From the IMG/VR virus record IMGVR_UViG_3300013426_000014, positions 96,001 to 160,000 of that record: a DNA stretch of 64,000 bases. One strand, written 5' to 3'. The stretch comes from a virus. Lineage: Duplodnaviria; Caudoviricetes. Made by a program: the position numbers and the translations under genes. Shown here in pieces: positions 58,960 through 64,000 of the stretch. Each line of letters begins with the position of its first letter. Positions within the stretch are counted from its first letter, which is position 1. The notes below the pieces were generated by a model, which saw nothing but the letters and a program-made list of their open reading frames with translations, was not told where the DNA came from and ran no database searches.

Positions 58960-61900
58960 ATGTTCGACTATTCATCGATACGGCTTTTCGACAAGAAAGG
59001 CAAGGCGCTGCCGGCGGACTATGTAAAAACGCCGGACACGTTCTTTTATATAAAATCCGAAATAAATTCTGGTCATGACGCGCTGCTGTATCCGGTGACA
59101 GATATGGACGGCGGGTTGACGAAATTCGCCGGCATATGTGTCGACGACGGCGGTCTGCTGTTCACGGATAACACGGAACGGCGGGTCGACATCAGATCCG
59201 TCACGACAGACGATATCGTCTGCACAGCGACGCTCAAATCCGCCGACTATATTGAGCTGAACACCGCGGACGGCAAGGTATACGGGGTGAAGAACGTCAC
59301 GGCAGACGGTGTGCCGGCGATGTCTGGAACGGGCTATACAGTTCCGTTCCCTTCGGTAAAAATCCGGTCCCGTGTCAACTTCAGCCCTGTGTCGACTGGA
59401 CTTTTCGAGACGGAATGTGTGTACGCGCTTACCGAAACAGCCGGTAAATGAACGAAACAACGTGACGACCGGTGGAACCTGATGGGAGTGATAGATCCGG
59501 CCGACACAGAGTTCAGGTTCTTCTCCGTCGACACGACGACAGAGGAAATAAGTTACACGTCAAGCGTGACGCTCGACCTGTCTTCCGGCGGATACAGGTT
59601 CGATTTATGTTTCACCGCGGAAGATGAAGGTGTTTACGACGGGACGATGTATATATGCCTTGTCGACAAACAAAACGGCAACGAGCCGTATATGTTGGGG
59701 ACGGTCGCGCTGCACGGCGAGGCGGTCGGCGAGGATGAGCGTTTCAGGACGCTGCTGACAGATTTCGGTGTGCCGGATCCGAAAGAATACATCAGTACGT
59801 TGAAGGAGTCTTCCGTCGACGAGTCGAAACCGGATATGGCGCTGCTCAACAGGAAGAGCAAACAGCTGTTCCTGACATATCCCGACATATTCCCGTATGC
59901 CGGCACATATAAGGCGCTGGTGAACGCCGTGAAGTTTATGGGTTATGATGACATCACGTTCAAGGAGTGGTTCCGGACTATAGGGTCTGATGGCCCGTCG
60001 AAATATGTAACCTATGACATAACGTATGACGGAGGATCCGGAACCGTCCACTCGGCGGGAATCGAGGAACGGGCGGGCATGCGGAAGATGAACTGACTGT
60101 CGATGATGTACAGGCTCAACCGCGAGAAGGAGACGATGTCGGAAGACGGGACGCCCGATGTGTTCAATGTGTACGACTATGACGGGGACGAGCTTATGGT
60201 GAAGCTGCAGTCATTACGCAAGTGACTGGAAAAGAATATCATAGCACAGAACTGCCGGATAGTAGAGGTCGTCGGCGAGGGTGTGTACTTTGAACGTTAC
60301 CGATATGACATATATGGGACGGCGACGGAAAGCGAGACATATGACGCGGAGATGCGGCTGAGCCCGTATATCAAAGGCGGCACCGACACGCGCGTGCTGA
60401 AGGACGGGACGGCGCGGATAACGATCGGAGTAAGGGAGATCGACAGCGCGCTGACAGAACATGACATGTCGATGTCGGATCTGTCGGTCAGGAATGTCGG
60501 CGGATATGATCCGGAAGGGCTGTATATTGACAAGGAGTCGATGTCCGTCCGGAAAATGTCGGACGGGTATGACGCGGCGAAGGCGGATGATGGCTTGCAG
60601 ATCCCGCTCGACCGGACGTTCGGCCGTCCCGGCGGGATAAAATCGGTCGGCGTCAGGGCGAGCGTCTCATGCGCGGAGCATGTGTTCGCCCCGCCGTTCA
60701 CTGATCCGTCGAAAGGACGGATGCTGCTGAGGGACGGCGAGCTGACATTCGTGACGAGCGAGTGGGAAGGCAGGACCGATCCGATGGAGTGTGTATTCGC
60801 GGTGACGCCTGACATATACGTTGAATCCGCCGTCATCCGCGACCCGAACAAACCGTGACGCGAATCCGCGCTGTACACGGTGTCGGAGGGAGACGGAAAA
60901 TTCGTGATCGCGGACCAGTCCGGGAAAACCGTCGCCGAATCGACGGATTATGTAAAAATCAAGGACGGAAAACTCAGATACACGACGGCGAACAGGCACG
61001 GACTGCCGATGCTGATGTGCTCCGGCATGGCGCTGACAGCGGACGGGAAAGACACCGGCCTGATGAAAACGGGGTCGGAATACATAATCGACATCCGCGA
61101 CGGCAGGCTCGCATGAGAGAACACCGTGTCGGATCATCCGGAGTTCGTTTATCTCAACTTCAGTTATGACACGGCCGGCGGCGAACAGGATATAACGGCG
61201 AATTTTGTGTTCACCACAGACGGGATGATGACAGATGAGACTGTATACGACGGCGAATTCGTCAAAAGGTATCTCGCCGATCCCGACACGGCGTTCAATT
61301 ACAGGACCGATTTCTCCGTCGACGTGTACAAGGCCGGTGAATACGACGTTACTATGACGGGGCATGACGGATACGGCGGGACGTTCGCCGCGGCGGTATG
61401 TCCGAAACCCGCCGTCATATCGACGGATCCGCCAGAGGATTACGGGCCGGCGCCGAAATGGATCATACAGGGTATAAGTGCGGATCCGGACGCCGGCGTC
61501 ATCACATATGACGACATAAGCTACGCGGTCGATACGCCGAAACCCGGGCAGACATTGCTGCTGATGAACCTCGGCGACAGGTTCCGGCTGTCGGGCGCAG
61601 GCGGGTCATACACGGCTGAGCGGTGGGGATCCGCCGAATCGCAGGTGTTCGACATGAAAACGAAACGGGCGTATGACAACGCGGCGACAAGGAAATGATG
61701 CGCCGTTCGGGTTTCCGTCGTGTCACAGACGGACGGACGGCTAATATATGATCTGGACGGGTCGCTGTATGTCAATAACGGAAAGTATGATGTGAAGGTT
61801 GACGGCGTCGACGCCGGATTCGATAAGGCGGTGGCGGAATCGGCCGGCGTCTGGATAAGGGACAACGCCGTATATACGGGGACGGCGAAAGGATCGAGTA

Positions 61901-62241
61901 GCGGGATTGTACTTTCCCTTGATAAAATCGGGACGGCGTCATGGACGGACGGCAGCACCCCATATAAAAAAGGTCAGAACATCAGGATAAAGACGGATGA
62001 CGGGACCGCCGTATACAAGGTGACGGAGAATAAATCCGGAATCTTGACAGCGCGCGGCCGTGTGCCCCTTACCGTAAGTCAGAAAGCGGCGGTGACCTAC
62101 CAGTCCGTGGTCACGGAGATGATGACGGCCGGCGTCGATGCGGCAGAAGAGACATCTGACGGATACTGTGTCGTATTCACAGACGGATCACCGGCGGTCC
62201 CGTTTATCGATGACACATTCTCGATGATTGTTACGGATTAG
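58960..62241 (+). CDS. Baseplate wedge-like protein (gp7-like), 1093 aa with TGA=Trp
   Basis: Six track ORFs in one frame joined by TGA; IFPYAGTYKALVNAVKFMGY motif; TAG at 62239. Confidence 0.7.
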
Positions 62242-62252
62242 GATGATTTGGA

Positions 62253-62410
62253 TACGCCGACTTCTCGTCCTACACGTCGAACTCCGACTACTTCTACATC
62301 AACCTGTACGGTCCGGGGACGACATCTTCGACGTTAATCTCGGGAAACGTACAGATGAAGTGGACGAAGGTCGCACAGGCTGTACACAAACTGAAGGTCA
62401 TCCTGGACGG
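62253..62410 (+). repeat. Left copy of a perfect 158-bp inverted repeat
   Basis: Exact reverse complement of 63238-63395; encodes YADFSSYTSNSDYFYINLYGPGTTSSTLISGNVQMKWTKVAQAVHKLKVILDG. Confidence 0.95.
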
Positions 62411-62783
62411 CGCGTCGGGCACGCCGAGCGGCGGCAATCCGTATCTCTACGCAAACTATGATAATAATAGTAAACTGCGATATGGCATATGCGGTAACAA
62501 CATACAGCAATCCGGAACAACTGTATATTTTTACATAGATAACAGTACAGAACTGGATACATGACAAATATGCTTAAATGATATAAACGCCAAAGCGTCA
62601 ATGGAAATGGGAATAACTATATCAAATGACGCATCAGTGATATGGGACTCCGAATATATACACACTTCCGGAACGGACTACCAATCTGTCGGCAACATAA
62701 TACAAGATTTAATAAACACGTATAATGCAGCGAGCACATCAAATCCGAAGACGTTCACGTTGTCGACACAAGATTTTACTTAA
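62253..62783 (+). pseudogene. Silent alternative C-terminal cassette for the fibre gene on the opposite strand
   Basis: No N-terminal part or obvious promoter; repeat-encoded segment followed by a divergent domain (TGA at 62562) ending FTLSTQDFT*. Confidence 0.75.
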
Positions 62784-62812
62784 TATAATGGTATGTAACT
62801 GTATATTTACAA

Positions 62813-62838
62813 AAAAGTCCGGATTACTCCGGACTTTT
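62813..62838. terminator. Bidirectional terminator at the centre of the invertible segment
   Basis: AAAAGTCCGGA-TTAC-TCCGGACTTTT. Confidence 0.85.
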
Positions 62839-62861
62839 ATAAATAGTTGAATACCGTTACA

Positions 62862-64000
62862 TTAAGTAAAATCTTGTGTTGATAATGTAAATGTCGATTC
62901 GCCGCTATTATATGCTGTTATCAGGTTTTGTATTATTGTACCGACTGTCTGATAGTCGGTTCCTCCGGTAGTACTTGCGTAGGATGAATCCCATATTGTA
63001 ACACCATCTTCTGTTATAGTGAACCCGCATTGCATCGACAGCATATTATCATTATATGTCATCATCTGTTGTCACGCGCTCAGTTCTGTTGAATTATCTA
63101 CATAAAAATACGCGTTTAATGAATTGTCCAGATTAAGGCTATTGCCGCATACGCCACATGACGTTTCACTGCCGCCAGAATTATCAACGTACTTTAATTC
63201 CGGGGTTGCACCTGTTTGAAACCCGGTATAGATTGTCCCGTCCAGGATGACCTTCAGTTTGTGTACAGCCTGTGCGACCTTCGTCCACTTCATCTGTACG
63301 TTTCCCGAGATTAACGTCGAAGATGTCGTCCCCGGACCGTACAGGTTGATGTAGAAGTAGTCGGAGTTCGACGTGTAGGACGAGAAGTCGGCGTAAATGT
63401 ACAGGTATGAACTGCCCGTTCCCGATATTGTCTTCGAACCGGTCGACGCGCCTGACTTCGCGGCGGACGCTGACGTTGTCGACAACCCGTATTTTACCGA
63501 GGATGAAATACCGCTTGTTGCAACTTTTCATCCGGATCTGCTCGTATCCGTTATGCGCACCGTATACGCGAAATCGCCGGAAGACGTTTGATTCTGTGCG
63601 GAAGCGTTCCAAGAAGGTTTCGAAACCACATTGGACGTCCATGTCATTTTCGCGGTTTGTATCACATTCGTGGATGACGTGCCCGGCCCGTATAATTTAA
63701 TGTTGAACCAGTCAGAACCAGTTCTCGCGGAAAAGTCCGCGTATAGATAAACATAGTCATTCCCGGTTTTACTTACCGAAAAATCAGACGCGCTGCCTGT
63801 CGTCGCTTTCGATTTCGCGTCAGATGAACCTGTAGTGGATAATCCGTATTTGACATTGGAAGATGTGTATTCAAGACCCACTTTTCATCCAGTGTTGCTT
63901 GTGTCGGTTACATATAACAAATATGTGAACTCACCGGAAGTGGTCTTGCTTTGTTCGGATGCGTTCCAGTAAGGATAGAGCACGCCAGCGGTTCCGACCT
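62862..64000 (-). CDS. Fibre/adhesin with ~119-aa BACON-like tandem repeats and variable C-terminus (5'-partial), TGA=Trp
   Basis: Frame is open to the window end through TGA at 63885, 63528 and 63072; repeats WNAS...VTDTS..GWKV...KYGLSTT...YADFS; ends FTLSTQDFT*. Confidence 0.82.
63238..63395 (-). repeat. Right copy of the perfect 158-bp inverted repeat
   Basis: Exact reverse complement of 62253-62410, inside the expressed fibre gene. Confidence 0.95.

Noticed and set aside
1367-61963. Numerous long antisense or alternate-frame ORFs in the track (e.g. 2160..2630, 7742..8362, 36572..37381, 54037..54597)
   Set aside because: They are shadows of real genes produced by codon bias, with Ser/Arg-rich non-protein-like composition
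1370-62241. Many fragmented ORFs read as pseudogenes or sequencing errors
   Set aside because: All breaks are in-frame TGA at Trp-compatible positions with no frameshifts, which recoding explains
589-62241. TAG recoding as in Lak phages
   Set aside because: TAG occurs at natural gene ends (589, 14570, 31069, 34936, 55709), usually followed closely by the next gene, and no conserved domain is split by TAG
62253-63395. Diversity-generating retroelement TR/VR pair or IS element
   Set aside because: The copies are identical with no adenine-specific mismatches, and there is no reverse transcriptase or transposase in the window
1-64000. Suppressor tRNA-Trp(UCA), release factor or selenocysteine machinery
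   Set aside because: None is recognisable in this window, and TGA aligns with Trp motifs rather than Cys/Sec positions

Overview
This 64 kb window comes from a large contractile-tailed (T4-like module) jumbo/megaphage. The host is probably a gut Bacteroidota, judging by BACON- and BspA-type repeats, a Bacteroidota-style beta-barrel gene and TAnnTTTG-like promoter boxes. The provided ORF track is badly fragmented because the genome reads TGA as Trp. In-frame TGA falls exactly on conserved Trp positions (papain VGW/NSWG motifs, gp47 AGDW, baseplate GDWHLTIG), and reading through it joins dozens of fragments into complete genes that end only in TAA or TAG. The re-called gene set includes: baseplate, neck and tail genes (gp5-, gp27-, gp53-, gp6-, gp7-, gp13-, gp14-like); two giant adhesin/fibre genes of about 2,750 and 2,830 aa; replication and recombination genes (UvsW, gp41 helicase, gp61 primase, gp46/47); two glycosyltransferases; a papain-family peptidase; a lipoprotein; and a PD-(D/E)xK nuclease. 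Three observations stand out. (1) TGA=Trp is absent from the core replication genes but common in late, structural and nuclease genes, which suggests a code-switch timer. (2) A perfect 158-bp inverted repeat (62253-62410 / 63238-63395) flanks two head-to-head alternative C-termini of a fibre gene, which looks like an invertible receptor-binding cassette with no invertase in the window. (3) A recurrent GATAAATA late-promoter motif precedes structural operons. Product calls come from motif recognition by eye, not database searches.
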